Numbered from the stretch's first letter, positions 30,811 through 41,687 are shown. The stretch is DNA of 64,000 nucleotides from Gammaproteobacteria bacterium (GCA_965243395.1 CBDEUS010000001.1:96001-160000); one strand, 5' to 3'. The notes: generated by a model not told the origin, from the letters alone. Program-made: numbers and translations.

Positions 30811-31653
30811 GTGATTAGTTCTCCTGCATTTCTAAATGGTGAATACCTGCCATTAGAAGATTGTAAGATTTCCCCTCTGGACCGTGGATTTATTTTTGGG
30901 GACGGGATCTATGAATTATTGCCTGTATATAAGAATAAAGCATTTTATTTAGATCAGCATTTGCAACGCTTGCAGCGTAGTATGGCTGAGATTCGAATTA
31001 AAAATCCATATTCTTTAAATGAATGGCAGTCACTGATTGATAATTTAATTCAAAATTCCGAGCACGAAGATTTAGCAATTTATATTCAAGTTACACGTGG
31101 TATAGCACCACGTGATCATGTATTCCCGCAAGACACACAAGCTACGGTGTTTGCCATGGCTAACCCAATACCAAAGGTTGCTGAAGAACAATTGCAAAAT
31201 GGTGTTGAACTAATCACGAGTGATGATATTCGTTGGCAACGTTGCGATATAAAAGTTATCAGTTTGCTGGCAAATATTCTTGCCAAGCAAGATGCAATAC
31301 AAGCTTCTGCGGCTGAAGCAATAATGGTGCGTGATGGTTATGCCTTAGAAGGTGCTGCAAGCAATCTTTTTGTAATACGTGATGGCGCTGTCTATACACA
31401 TCCAAAAGATAATTTAGTATTGCCAGGTATTACTCGAGATTTTGTTTTGGAATTACTAGATGAACTTGATATTGAATATAATGAGCAGGCGATTCCAAAA
31501 CAGTGGTTATATACATCAGATGAGTTATGGATTACGAGTTCTATTAAAGAAGTATTGCCTGCGACAAAAATTGATCAAAAAGTCGTTGCAGACGGAAAAC
31601 CTGGAAAGCTTTGGAAAAAAACCTATGACTTGTACCAGGAACGTAAAAAATAA
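30811..31653 (+). CDS. D-amino acid aminotransferase (class IV PLP)
   Basis: DRGFIFGDGIYE, IQVTRG, RCDIK and LPGITR. Confidence 0.9.
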   Translation: MISSPAFLNGEYLPLEDCKISPLDRGFIFGDGIYELLPVYKNKAFYLDQHLQRLQRSMAEIRIKNPYSLNEWQSLIDNLIQNSEHEDLAIYIQVTRGIAPRDHVFPQDTQATVFAMANPIPKVAEEQLQNGVELITSDDIRWQRCDIKVISLLANILAKQDAIQASAAEAIMVRDGYALEGAASNLFVIRDGAVYTHPKDNLVLPGITRDFVLELLDELDIEYNEQAIPKQWLYTSDELWITSSIKEVLPATKIDQKVVADGKPGKLWKKTYDLYQERKK

Positions 31654-31675
31654 GTATTTTTATTGTCGATAATCC

Positions 31676-31939
31676 ATGTCTGATGAATCATTATTGGTTT
31701 TTCCGTGTGAGTTTCCAATTAAAATTATGGGAAAAAATCATCACGGATTTCATCAAGCAGTTATTGAGATTTTAAGAAAACATCTTTCAGATCTTGAAGA
31801 TACAAAAATTAAAGAAACCGAAAGCAAGCAGAAAAATTATTGCAGCATTACTGTTTTTGTAAATGCTACCAGCCAAGAACACTTAGACGGAATTTATTAT
31901 GATTTAACAGCTTCTGAGTGGGTCATTATGGCATTATAA
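31676..31939 (+). CDS. ybeD: YbeD/DUF493 family protein
   Basis: FPCEFPIKIMG motif; conserved position before lipB. Confidence 0.88.
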   Translation: MSDESLLVFPCEFPIKIMGKNHHGFHQAVIEILRKHLSDLEDTKIKETESKQKNYCSITVFVNATSQEHLDGIYYDLTASEWVIMAL

Positions 31940-31950
31940 TTAGCTTAACT

Positions 31951-32586
31951 ATGTTAAATGTCCGGTGTTTTGGTTTGCAGGAATACACCTCAGTATTCGA
32001 TAACATGCGTCAATATACGCAACAACGTGATTTAAATTCAGCAGATGAGTTTTGGTGTTTACAACATTTTCCTGTTTTTACTTTAGGAGCAAATGCTGAC
32101 CAAAAACATATTCTCAAACGTACAGATATACCCGTCGTCCAGTCTGATCGGGGAGGGCAAGTTACATACCATGGCCCGGGACAAGTTATTATATATTTGA
32201 TGGTGGATCTAAAGCGAAAAGACATGGGCATAAAGCAGTTGGTGGAGAAAATTGAGCAGTCAGTTGTCAGTGTATTAGGACAATATAATATAGATTCTCA
32301 AGCTCGTGCTGAAGCGCATGGGGTGTACGTAAATAATGCGAAAATTGCATCGCTAGGATTACGTGTACATCGTGGTAGCAGTTATCATGGTTTGGCGTTA
32401 AATGTAGATATGGATCTCAAACCATTTAGCTTGATTAACCCCTGCGGTTTTATAGATTTAGCGGTTACACAAGTGAAAGAACATGTCGAATCTGTCGCAA
32501 TTAATGAACTTACAAAGCAGTTGTCTGAAAATTTGTACAAACAACTAAACTATAAAGATTATCAAGTTAATTTTTATGATGAATAA
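31951..32586 (+). CDS. lipB: octanoyltransferase
   Basis: [25 protein letters not shown] and INPCG. Confidence 0.96.
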   Translation: MLNVRCFGLQEYTSVFDNMRQYTQQRDLNSADEFWCLQHFPVFTLGANADQKHILKRTDIPVVQSDRGGQVTYHGPGQVIIYLMVDLKRKDMGIKQLVEKIEQSVVSVLGQYNIDSQARAEAHGVYVNNAKIASLGLRVHRGSSYHGLALNVDMDLKPFSLINPCGFIDLAVTQVKEHVESVAINELTKQLSENLYKQLNYKDYQVNFYDE

Positions 32587-33553
32587 AGTAAGCAAAAAAA
32601 CTCCTGCATCTCATATAGCCAAGCTGGGTGTTAAGCAACGAGGCCATGAAAAGGTCACTAAAATTCCTGTAAATATTGAAACAACAACCCCTCGCATTCC
32701 AAAGCCAGACTGGCTGCGTGTTAAAGCTCCGACGACTTCAGAGGTACGAGAATTAAAAAGCTTATTGCGTGAGCAAAAATTACATACTGTTTGTGAAGAG
32801 GCAGCTTGTCCAAATTTAACTGAATGTTTTGGGCATGGCACGGCTACGTTTATGATTATGGGTGATGTGTGTACTCGGCGTTGTTCATTTTGCGATGTTG
32901 CGCATGGGCGGCCGTTGGATTTAGATGATCAAGAACCATTGCATTTGGCAGAAACTGTAGCCAAATTAGGTTTGATTTATGTTGTGATTACTTCGGTTGA
33001 TCGAGACGATCTAAAAGATGGAGGAGCAAGTCATTTTGCTCGTTGTATACAAAATCTTCGCGAACGATGCCAAGGCATAAAAATAGAAATTTTGGTGCCT
33101 GATTTCCGTGGCAGATTAAACAGGGCGCTCGAAATTTTAAGTAGTAGTCCGGCGGATGTATTTAACCATAACTTGGAAACTGTGCCGCGCCTGTATGCAG
33201 CTGCACGACCCGGGGCTGATTACCAGCATTCCTTGCAATTATTGCTGCAACATAAGCAAAATTTACCTGGTGTACCCTGTAAATCAGGTCTGATGTTAGG
33301 CTTAGGAGAAGAAATTAACGAAGTTGTGGAGGTCATGAAAGATTTGCGCAAACATCAGGTGGATATGCTAACTTTAGGTCAATATTTACAACCGAGCGCT
33401 CATCATTTACCTGTGCATCGTTACCTGCATCCCGAGGAATTCGCAAAGCTAAAGAATATTGGTGATGAATTGGGATTTGAGCATGTGGCCAGTGGTCCAT
33501 TAGTGCGGTCTTCTTATCATGCAGATCTTCAAGCTCGGCATGCAATCAGTTAA
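32576..33553 (+). CDS. lipA: lipoyl synthase
   Basis: [20 protein letters not shown] and RSSYHA. Confidence 0.97.
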   Translation: MMNKVSKKTPASHIAKLGVKQRGHEKVTKIPVNIETTTPRIPKPDWLRVKAPTTSEVRELKSLLREQKLHTVCEEAACPNLTECFGHGTATFMIMGDVCTRRCSFCDVAHGRPLDLDDQEPLHLAETVAKLGLIYVVITSVDRDDLKDGGASHFARCIQNLRERCQGIKIEILVPDFRGRLNRALEILSSSPADVFNHNLETVPRLYAAARPGADYQHSLQLLLQHKQNLPGVPCKSGLMLGLGEEINEVVEVMKDLRKHQVDMLTLGQYLQPSAHHLPVHRYLHPEEFAKLKNIGDELGFEHVASGPLVRSSYHADLQARHAIS

Positions 33554-33562
33554 TCTTAGAAT

Positions 33563-34327
33563 ATGAATTCGGAAACTTTGCGAACTGTGAGTGAATTCCT
33601 CTTGCCACCTTCTGGCTTTATTCTTTTGTTGGCGATAGGCCTTTTCTTATGGTTGATACGTTTACGTAAATCTGCAGCATTTTTTATTTTGCTAGCTTCT
33701 GTTTTATTGTATTTTGCAAGTACACCCTTTATTTCATTTAAGTTGATGGACTCTCTGCAATATCAATACAAAGTACTCAAAGAAGTACCTGAAGATGTTC
33801 AAGCTATAGTAGTGCTATCGGCTGGGCGCATTCCTATTGCACGTGAATATACCAACCTCGATACTGTAGATGCAGCTTCATTAGAACGTTTGCGTTATGC
33901 GTCTCGTCTTTCTAAAGTACATCAGTTACCCGTCATGGCAGTTGGAGGTAGCGTAAATGGGGAGCGACAATCCGAAGCTTCGTTAATGAAAAATGTGCTC
34001 GCAACTGATTTTGGTGTTGAAACATCTTGGATAGAAGAAGAAAGTAAAAATACTTTTGAAAATGCAAAATTTACAAAAAAAATATTAAATGAAAATTCTA
34101 TTTCAAAATTTTTATTGGTAACCCATGCATACCATATGCCTAAAGCAATGTGGTGTTTTGAGGATGTCGGCTTAGAGCCTATTGCTGCGCCTACAGTCAT
34201 TTATAAACGTGGTGCGACGGTTCCAGAATTTAAAGCTTATGTTCCAAATGCGAGTGCACTTAGAAGGACAAGACAGGCGGTGCGAGAGCATCTAGGTAAG
34301 TTATGGTATAAGTATATTGGGAATTAA
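33563..34327 (+). CDS. YdcF/ElyC (DUF218) family protein
   Basis: AIVVLS, ESKNTFENA and LVTHAYHMPKA. Confidence 0.88.
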   Translation: MNSETLRTVSEFLLPPSGFILLLAIGLFLWLIRLRKSAAFFILLASVLLYFASTPFISFKLMDSLQYQYKVLKEVPEDVQAIVVLSAGRIPIAREYTNLDTVDAASLERLRYASRLSKVHQLPVMAVGGSVNGERQSEASLMKNVLATDFGVETSWIEEESKNTFENAKFTKKILNENSISKFLLVTHAYHMPKAMWCFEDVGLEPIAAPTVIYKRGATVPEFKAYVPNASALRRTRQAVREHLGKLWYKYIGN

Positions 34328-34332
34328 TTGGG

Positions 34333-35001
34333 TTAACTGATTTCTGATACATACTTATCCGCTTCTTCTAGACGTTTTATTGTTCCTATATCAAACCATT
34401 TTCCTGAAAAATATTCTGCGCTTACGAGCCCGTCCTCAATAGCCTTACGTAAGATAGGGGCTAAAGCTAGTTTTTCAACAGCATAGCTATTAAATAGTTT
34501 GGGGTCATATAGCCCCATACCACTATAGGTCAAGCAATTATTACCATGGTTGTAAACTTCCCCAAGTTCAAAAGCAAAATCTCCTTCAGGGTTATGTTTT
34601 GGATTGTCCACTAAGACTAGATGGGCTAACTTATCGTTCGATAACTTTGCGAAAGATAACGAATGGTCGCACCAGATGTCGGCGTTGAGCACTAGAAAGG
34701 GTTTGTCTCCAAGTTTAGGCAGCGCTTTAATAATCCCGCCTGCAGTTTCTAAAGGAGTTTCGCCTTCCTGAGAATATTCGATGTCTAAATTAAAGCGTGA
34801 ACCATTACCAAGATGATTTTCGATCATTTCACCCAAATGAGAGAGATTAATTATGATCTCTTTAAAACCTGCATTACTTAAATTTTCAAGGTGATATTCG
34901 ATGAGTGGTTTTCCGGCAACATTTACAAGTGCTTTGGGTGTTGATTTAGTTATAGGCTTCAAACGTTCGCCTAAACCAGCTGCAAGTAACATACATTTCA
35001 T
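34333..35001 (-). CDS. murU: N-acetylmuramate alpha-1-phosphate uridylyltransferase
   Basis: LAAGLGERLKP, LETAGGI and VDNPKHNPEGDF; follows amgK. Confidence 0.9.
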   Translation of the reverse strand: MKCMLLAAGLGERLKPITKSTPKALVNVAGKPLIEYHLENLSNAGFKEIIINLSHLGEMIENHLGNGSRFNLDIEYSQEGETPLETAGGIIKALPKLGDKPFLVLNADIWCDHSLSFAKLSNDKLAHLVLVDNPKHNPEGDFAFELGEVYNHGNNCLTYSGMGLYDPKLFNSYAVEKLALAPILRKAIEDGLVSAEYFSGKWFDIGTIKRLEEADKYVSEIS

Positions 35002-35008
35002 GTTGTTA

Positions 35009-35992
35009 TTATAGTTCTATTTTGTTTACAAATTCTGCTAGCTGTTTTGTTTCTGTATAGTTTTTTGCAATCTCTTTTATATAATTCAATGTGCGCGGAA
35101 TATCTGATAAATAGTTTGGTTTATTGTCTCGAATATTTAAGCGCGAAAATATTCCTATAGCCTTTAAATGTCTTTGTATTCCCATTAAATCAAACCATTT
35201 TAGAAATGTTTCAGCATTTGTATTTTTTACAATGTCGTTGTTCAAATTATTATAAAATTCTAACGCTAGGCTTTTAATTTTTTCTTCGGGCCATGCGATA
35301 TAGCAGTCACGTAACAGAGATACTAGGTCATACGTAAAAGGACCTTGAACTGCATCTTGATAATCAATAATTCCTGGATATTTACCCTCAATATTCATTA
35401 GATTTCGTGAATGATAGTCACGGTGTACAAAAACTTGGGGTTGCTGTAATGCATTATCCATTAGTGCATTGAAAGTTTTATCAAATATTTCATTGTCTTG
35501 CTTAGATAGTTCATATGATAAATGCTGTTTGAGAAACCATTCTCTAAATAGCTCCATTTCTTGTAACAATAATTTTTCATCGTATAAAGGTAAGCTTGAA
35601 GCAGAGGTTTGTTGTATGACAGCTAAGGCATTTAGAGATTTTTTATATAGTTCATTTGCATTCTCATCGTTGAGTACATTTAAAAGCAGTTCATTTCCTA
35701 AATCACTAATTAGAAAAAAACCAAAATCAAGTGAACTATAATAAATATGAGGTACAGGTAAGCCTTCAGCTCCTAATAAATGGGTGACATGCACAAAAGC
35801 TTCATTGTTTTCTTTTTCAGGAGGGGAATCTACAGCAATATAGTTAAGTTCTTGGCTAATAAATCTAAAATAACGCCTAAAGCTTGCATCTCCCGATACG
35901 GGCGTTAGTAAATATTCAGTATTGCCAAAATATTCTTTAAGCCAATTATCCAACTCGGCTAATCGTGTGTCCGTATTCATCATGTATGTCAA
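35009..35992 (-). CDS. amgK: anomeric MurNAc/GlcNAc kinase (APH-like)
   Basis: GDASFRRYFR, HRDYHSRNLM, IDYQDA and QRHLKAIGIF. Confidence 0.9.
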   Translation of the reverse strand: MTYMMNTDTRLAELDNWLKEYFGNTEYLLTPVSGDASFRRYFRFISQELNYIAVDSPPEKENNEAFVHVTHLLGAEGLPVPHIYYSSLDFGFFLISDLGNELLLNVLNDENANELYKKSLNALAVIQQTSASSLPLYDEKLLLQEMELFREWFLKQHLSYELSKQDNEIFDKTFNALMDNALQQPQVFVHRDYHSRNLMNIEGKYPGIIDYQDAVQGPFTYDLVSLLRDCYIAWPEEKIKSLALEFYNNLNNDIVKNTNAETFLKWFDLMGIQRHLKAIGIFSRLNIRDNKPNYLSDIPRTLNYIKEIAKNYTETKQLAEFVNKIEL

Positions 35993-35998
35993 ATAGGG

Positions 35999-37933
35999 CT
36001 ACCAGCCTCCGCCGCCTCCGCCGCCTCCACCACCACCGGAAGATCCGCCTCCACCCCCGAAGCTGCTGCTTCCTGAAGAAGATCCTGGTGCAGTAGATGA
36101 GGATGAGATTGCCGAACTGAGTGCATCACCAATTGAATTTGTAAAGCCAGGTAAGTTATTTGGGCTCCATTCATATCCGCTATACCAAGTTGGTTGGTAT
36201 TCTTTACCTTCACTCGTTTTAAAAACGTTTGCAAACTGCTCAACCCACTGGTTTTCAACACCAAGAGCTAATGCATAGGGAAGGTATGCTTCAAATAGTT
36301 TTGGTGTTTTTTTAGGCGGATATTTCAAGTTTAACTCTTCTTTTTCAGCCACTTCTAAGTATTGTTTAAATCCTTCAACTTTGTCTAATAGTTTTCTGCC
36401 TTTCAATGTTGGTGTTTTAAGTAAAAAGTAAAAAATAATATTCACTACGAACAATAATACTATGAGTATGCCATTTGCGATTCCAATTAGTGCACCTAAT
36501 CCAGCCAATGCACCAACCTCAAAAAATGACCATACACCAGCAAATAAAGTAAATGTGCCTAGGTCACTTGCTTTTTCGCCTGAGAGCTTTCTTCGTAACG
36601 CTTGATACCACGCATATATAAGAAAACCTGTTACAGGAGTCCAAATGGATAACCAAAATATTAGAAATAATGCTGCACCAGGCTCAGAAGAATTTGGAAT
36701 AGAAATAAAAATATAAATTGCAAGTAAAATAGAAATCAGGATGCCAATAATTAAATATTTATTGTTATGTAGAAAATAACTTTGACTATACTCTTGCTTT
36801 AAAGCCTTTTTATGTTCGCTGAGAGCAGATGATATTAGTCTGTGATTTTTATTTTTTAGAGTCAGCTTTTGGCCATACACTTTGAAAAGATTTGATAATA
36901 CAGCGTGCTCCCCAATGGGCAATTTCATATCAGGTTTTTTTATCTTCTCTAGCTCATATTTGGAACTGGTTTTATGAATTTTAATATAACCCTTCACTGC
37001 CAGGTTAAGGATTGCAGCTGTGAATACTTTTTTATCATGCCCCATTTCTTTTATGTAGCGCATGGCGCCAGGAGGGAAACCTTTCGGGGGTTGATAATGG
37101 GGAATAATTACACCGGCTTTAGGGTCTCTGCCCACTTGCCACCAAGAGAATAAGTAGAAAAGTAACAAGCCGATGAATCCAACAATAACTAGCGGATTGT
37201 CTATGTTAGCGCTTGCCCACCATTGTAACTTTTGCATGAAACCTGGTGGGTTGATATGCCCCTTAGGCCAAGCCACTACGACCGTTAAGCCTTCTTTACT
37301 TGAGAGTGCGCGGGTAGTTTTAAATGAGTAGTTTCCAGAATAGCCAATATCAGTGTCATAGCTTTGCCCTCTAGCCCCCATCAAGCCCGTGTAAGCTTCA
37401 AGCTTTACATCTTTTTCTTGTATGGTATCTGGTAAGCGGATGCTAGCTTTCGCTTGTATTATAGGAAATTCCCACCCATTCCCAGTTACATTCCAATAAA
37501 GTTCATCATGCTGTTCAAAGAACCCAAGCTGTTGATTGGTTTTGTATTTAATGGTGTAAGTATGTTCACCTGAGTTGATATAGCGATTTTTATCTCCAAT
37601 ATATATGCGGATACCATTGCTTATATTTTTTGTATGGAAGGGCTCTTGATGCCCATTTCTTAATACTTCAACTATATCGAAGCCAACTTTTATTTTATTT
37701 CCAAGTCTACCTTTGTATTTAGTAGGAAAATCTCTATAAATACCTCTCTTAATTTTTTTATTTTCGGCTCGAACTGTAATTTTTTCGGTAACAGTCATGC
37801 TGGAATCTTCGTGCACAGAAATATGGCTATCAAATAGTAAAATTTCCTCTGCAGAAAAAGCATATTTTGAAAGAAGCAAACAAAAAATGCTTAGAGTAAG
37901 AATATATGTTTTAAAAAAAAATTTATTTCTCAT
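35999..37933 (-). CDS. DUF2207 family membrane protein
   Basis: GIYRDFP, DELYWNVTG, LPYALALGV and a Gly-rich GGGGW C-terminus; follows lemA. Confidence 0.9.
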   Translation of the reverse strand: MRNKFFFKTYILTLSIFCLLLSKYAFSAEEILLFDSHISVHEDSSMTVTEKITVRAENKKIKRGIYRDFPTKYKGRLGNKIKVGFDIVEVLRNGHQEPFHTKNISNGIRIYIGDKNRYINSGEHTYTIKYKTNQQLGFFEQHDELYWNVTGNGWEFPIIQAKASIRLPDTIQEKDVKLEAYTGLMGARGQSYDTDIGYSGNYSFKTTRALSSKEGLTVVVAWPKGHINPPGFMQKLQWWASANIDNPLVIVGFIGLLLFYLFSWWQVGRDPKAGVIIPHYQPPKGFPPGAMRYIKEMGHDKKVFTAAILNLAVKGYIKIHKTSSKYELEKIKKPDMKLPIGEHAVLSNLFKVYGQKLTLKNKNHRLISSALSEHKKALKQEYSQSYFLHNNKYLIIGILISILLAIYIFISIPNSSEPGAALFLIFWLSIWTPVTGFLIYAWYQALRRKLSGEKASDLGTFTLFAGVWSFFEVGALAGLGALIGIANGILIVLLFVVNIIFYFLLKTPTLKGRKLLDKVEGFKQYLEVAEKEELNLKYPPKKTPKLFEAYLPYALALGVENQWVEQFANVFKTSEGKEYQPTWYSGYEWSPNNLPGFTNSIGDALSSAISSSSTAPGSSSGSSSFGGGGGSSGGGGGGGGGGGW

Positions 37934-38444
37934 CTAGTTGAAAATATTCATGATATTGGTAGTTAAATATGCGTGCAATGATCAGATCCGGGAATGAGTC
38001 AATGCGGGTATTAATAATACGAACTGCTCCGTTGTAGTAACGTCTTGCATATTGAATATCGTTTTCTACATCCGAAATTTCATTTTGCAAGTCCAAAAAG
38101 TTTTGATTAGCTTTTAGCTCTGGATAGTCTTCAGCTACTGCGATTAATTTATGTACTTGGATTTCTAGATCTCGTTCAACATTTTCACGCTCGGCTATTT
38201 TTTCTATAGATTTTGCTTGTGAACGAAGTTCTGTAACGGATTGTAATAAGCTACTTTCATAGCTTGCATACTGTTTTACAGAATCAATTAGTTTAGGAAT
38301 CAGATCGTGTCGGCGTTTAAGCTGCACATCAATATCGCTCCATGCGGCTAATGAAGTATTTTTATCGTGTACGAGTTTGTTATATATGATTATTGCCCAT
38401 ATAAGTGCAACAAGAATAACTAAAGTAACTATAGTTAATGTCAT
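37923..38444 (-). CDS. LemA family protein
   Basis: WSDIDVQLKRRHDLIP, EDYPELKA and ARRYYN. Confidence 0.93.
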   Translation of the reverse strand: MTLTIVTLVILVALIWAIIIYNKLVHDKNTSLAAWSDIDVQLKRRHDLIPKLIDSVKQYASYESSLLQSVTELRSQAKSIEKIAERENVERDLEIQVHKLIAVAEDYPELKANQNFLDLQNEISDVENDIQYARRYYNGAVRIINTRIDSFPDLIIARIFNYQYHEYFQLDEK

Positions 38445-38485
38445 TAAAAATTATTGAGCACTAAAATTTTTAACATTTATTTGAT

Positions 38486-38839
38486 TTAATCTATGGAAGG
38501 TAAACTATAGCCAAGATTAATTAAATACTTGTTAGTTGTATCGATATCATAACCATAAACTACCTCTGGACCGATAACTGTCACAGGCACACCTCTAGCA
38601 CGTAGTGACCAAAAGCCCGCTATACCAGATATTGATTTCTCTACGTCATGCTCAGTGAAAGGAATACTGTTATTTTTTAAATGAATTCGAAGACTATTGC
38701 AGTAAGGGCACCAATCTGTTGTATAAAGTACGATATCTTTTGAATCGTGTTTTGGGATATAGAAATATGCCGCACTACGATCTAGTGCAAATAATATTAT
38801 TGCGGTAAAAAAAATTGTAAACAGGATTCTTTTTTTCAT
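38486..38839 (-). CDS. membrane-anchored glutaredoxin-like protein
   Basis: N-terminal hydrophobic segment, WCPYC and GVP. Confidence 0.8.
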   Translation of the reverse strand: MKKRILFTIFFTAIILFALDRSAAYFYIPKHDSKDIVLYTTDWCPYCNSLRIHLKNNSIPFTEHDVEKSISGIAGFWSLRARGVPVTVIGPEVVYGYDIDTTNKYLINLGYSLPSID

Positions 38840-39148
38840 CTAAGTTTTTAAGGCGTTGAAAGCAATATATGCAATATACAAAAATATAATTAAATTTAGA
38901 TAAAAGAAACCTGAAGTCGCATCACCGGTAGAAACCATCCGCCATGCGCCAATAGGTACGACAATTGCAAGCCCTATAGTTATGACAGCTATCCTTTGTG
39001 TGTGCTTGTCACTGAAGATGCTTAAAATAAAAAGCACATGTGCCACTACTAATGTTTTGACTAATAGTTGATTGTAGAAAAAAAATTGTAATGCGACTGC
39101 AACGATCAAAATAGTCGCCACTACACGTAAAGCCATGGTAAGTGTCAT
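38840..39148 (-). CDS. hypothetical membrane protein
   Basis: 102 aa with about four hydrophobic segments. Confidence 0.6.
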   Translation of the reverse strand: MTLTMALRVVATILIVAVALQFFFYNQLLVKTLVVAHVLFILSIFSDKHTQRIAVITIGLAIVVPIGAWRMVSTGDATSGFFYLNLIIFLYIAYIAFNALKT

Positions 39149-39183
39149 ACTTATTTATATCTCTTGTTTTTAGTAATCAGTCT

Positions 39184-39909
39184 TTATCTGTGTCGCTGGT
39201 AAACTTGTTGTACCCAGGATAATGTATCACCAAATTCACGTATTGTACTGTTTAGTGGCTCGGGATATTGATCGGGCCAATCCAATCCATATTTTTTCGG
39301 CCTGCATAAAGGCGCCAATAATGATGCAACTACGAGATCAGCGCGTGAAAATGAATTTCCTACTAAATAATCTCGGTTTTTGGTTCGTTGATGCAATTTA
39401 TCGATGGCTTTTGTAAGACGCTGTCGAATGAGTGAAACATTTTTTTCATCAAGCTTCATTAGTTCACGCATTTTAATACTTAATTTCGGGAACATATATT
39501 TCAATATAAAATGACCATACCAAGGTCCATCTTTTGTAAAAAACGGAATAGTGATGTCAGGATGATTCAGTAAAGTGTGATAGCATAACCCACGCACGTC
39601 CGGACCCAATTCTTTATCTGCAAATAGTTCCCACATACTAGCTTCATCTTTTAATTTATGGTCTTTGGGCGTTAGCGGGTTATCAGGATAAGTGTTATCA
39701 AGATAAGTAATAATTTTTCTAGATTCATTAATTATATTTCCTTGGTCTTCCAGAATTGGAAGGTAAGGTTTACCAGCAAGCTTGATTGCTTTTTTAACAT
39801 GCAGGCCAGGAAGGAGATTAATTTTTTTATATGCAAGTTTTTTATGTTCTAGCGCCCATCTGGCTTTCTCACAGTAATGAGAAATAGGAAATTGGTAGAG
39901 CTTTATCAT
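39184..39909 (-). CDS. glutathione S-transferase family protein
   Basis: LYQFPISHYCEKARWAL, ESRKIITYL and YLVGNSFSRAD; ATG at 39909. Confidence 0.9.
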   Translation of the reverse strand: MIKLYQFPISHYCEKARWALEHKKLAYKKINLLPGLHVKKAIKLAGKPYLPILEDQGNIINESRKIITYLDNTYPDNPLTPKDHKLKDEASMWELFADKELGPDVRGLCYHTLLNHPDITIPFFTKDGPWYGHFILKYMFPKLSIKMRELMKLDEKNVSLIRQRLTKAIDKLHQRTKNRDYLVGNSFSRADLVVASLLAPLCRPKKYGLDWPDQYPEPLNSTIREFGDTLSWVQQVYQRHR

Positions 39910-40027
39910 AGACTTAAAAACATATCTTATATTGGACAAACATTGAAAACTGCAAAACATTCATTTTATTTTCTATTATTTGATGTATTAGAATGCAACG
40001 TAGTCAATATTAAATATATCAAGATTT

Positions 40028-40480
40028 ATGCATCCCGTCCTAATCTACGCTGTGGTATTTATTGCAACAATAATTGGGCTTTTATTTTTATTTGATAAAT
40101 ACCAACTAGGATCTTTCTATTTTCTGCTTTTTATCACAGGGCTATTTACTGTAATTATAGGAAAAATTTTAGTAAGAATATTTCCTTCGGATGACCCGAT
40201 GCTTGAAGAGATTGAAAAAGAAGGTCAGAAACAACGAGCAAGACAATATACACGTGAGATTCAGTATCTATTTAATATTGTACAACCCGACCCTAAACTT
40301 CAGCCCAACCCAAAACGGGTGAGTGAATGCCTGGAAGACTGTTTCGATTTAGATACAGATATTATGATTACTAGGTTGAAGCAACATTTCGGCGAAGCAT
40401 TTGATATAAATACAAAACTGCCTTTGCCAGATATGGTGGAACAAATTAAGAAGAATTATTACGATTGGCCACAATCATAA
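40028..40480 (+). CDS. hypothetical membrane protein
   Basis: Two N-terminal TM segments followed by a soluble domain. Confidence 0.6.
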   Translation: MHPVLIYAVVFIATIIGLLFLFDKYQLGSFYFLLFITGLFTVIIGKILVRIFPSDDPMLEEIEKEGQKQRARQYTREIQYLFNIVQPDPKLQPNPKRVSECLEDCFDLDTDIMITRLKQHFGEAFDINTKLPLPDMVEQIKKNYYDWPQS

Positions 40481-40486
40481 ATTGTT

Positions 40487-40924
40487 TTAAATGGTTGAAA
40501 CAACTTGACGTTTTATTTTTTTAGTTGTGAAAAAAGGCGGGGATGAATGGAGTAAACCAGATTTAGCCGTCACTAAAATATCTACATCATCATTGCAGTG
40601 AAATAAAACTTGGTCTTCTGCAACTATTTCATGACTTTCAAGTATAACCGTCGAATAAATATGTCCGATATGCTTCTTGCATAATACCGTTAAGTCACTA
40701 GATAGTAATATAAACTCCTGAGATTCTTCATATGGGCAATCCCACGAAGTTACTACTAGGTACAAATCTTTATATGCATATTGTGCACCGATGATAAAAC
40801 CCGGCACATATTTTCCAGTCCGTTTTCCATCTTTAATTATTTCTGAACATAAACTCCATGTTTCATATGGACCTGGTTGAGGTTTAAATGAAAAGCAAGA
40901 TATTTCCTTCATAGTTGACTCCAT
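40487..40924 (-). CDS. hypothetical protein
   Basis: 145-aa ORF; the second ATG at 40912 has a GGAG RBS. Confidence 0.6.
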   Translation of the reverse strand: MESTMKEISCFSFKPQPGPYETWSLCSEIIKDGKRTGKYVPGFIIGAQYAYKDLYLVVTSWDCPYEESQEFILLSSDLTVLCKKHIGHIYSTVILESHEIVAEDQVLFHCNDDVDILVTAKSGLLHSSPPFFTTKKIKRQVVSTI

Positions 40925-41046
40925 TGAATGTCCTGATAAATGGTCATGCAGATTTTGAGGCTTTGTTTTATAAGAGCTTCACATTAAAACTCTCAATGAT
41001 GGCGAAAATATGGTTTTCGCCTAGCGAGGAAGGGGAAAATTATTAA

Positions 41047-41274
41047 TTAAGGTTTACGAAATTTCCGGAATAGGGAGAAAGCTAGCAGTACCCAAGGGGT
41101 TCCGTGCATAAAGAAATCAAGCCAATCAATGAGTCTCATTCCTTCTGCGCCAGAAATAATCCATTTTAATTTTTCCCAAATATGTGGCTCAGGATAGAAA
41201 GGTGCTAAGCCCAATGTTAAGGCTAAAATTAGCCATAACATTGGGTTAGAAAAAATATTAGATTTTTGTTCCAC
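41047..41274 (-). CDS. small membrane protein
   Basis: LGLAPFYPEPHIWEKL...DFFMHGTPW; overlaps the upstream stop by 1 nt. Confidence 0.7.
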   Translation of the reverse strand: MEQKSNIFSNPMLWLILALTLGLAPFYPEPHIWEKLKWIISGAEGMRLIDWLDFFMHGTPWVLLAFSLFRKFRKP

Positions 41275-41687
41275 TAGAGTGGACTAACGTTCTCTGCTTG
41301 CAAGCCTTTATCACTATCGACAATGTCCATTAAAACTTTTTGGCCTTCTCTCAGGGATTTGCGTCCTTTGCCAATGATAGAGCGGTGATGTACAAATACA
41401 TCATCACCATTCTCTTGTTCAATAAAACCAAATCCTTTTTTATAGTTAAACCATTTAACGGTACCTTGTGTCTGACTACCACTCGAACGCATACTTTTTG
41501 AAGAACGCTGTTTATTGGAACTTACATCTGTTTTATTTGCAAAACATTTAACTATATTAATTAATACTGCTAGAGCTAATAATCCACCTGCCACCATAAG
41601 TGCTGTCGTAATGGGGTGAACAAACATGCTAAGGATGACGCCTATTAATATACCGAGGCTGATAAATATTGTGGAATCGATCTTCAT
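41274..41687 (-). CDS. cold-shock domain protein with N-terminal membrane anchor
   Basis: GTVKWFN, KGFGFI and DVFVH preceded by two hydrophobic segments. Confidence 0.9.
   Translation of the reverse strand: MKIDSTIFISLGILIGVILSMFVHPITTALMVAGGLLALAVLINIVKCFANKTDVSSNKQRSSKSMRSSGSQTQGTVKWFNYKKGFGFIEQENGDDVFVHHRSIIGKGRKSLREGQKVLMDIVDSDKGLQAENVSPL

Noticed and set aside
35999-36110. GC-rich CCG/CCT microrepeat
   Set aside because: Encodes the normal Gly/Ser-rich C-terminus of DUF2207 proteins
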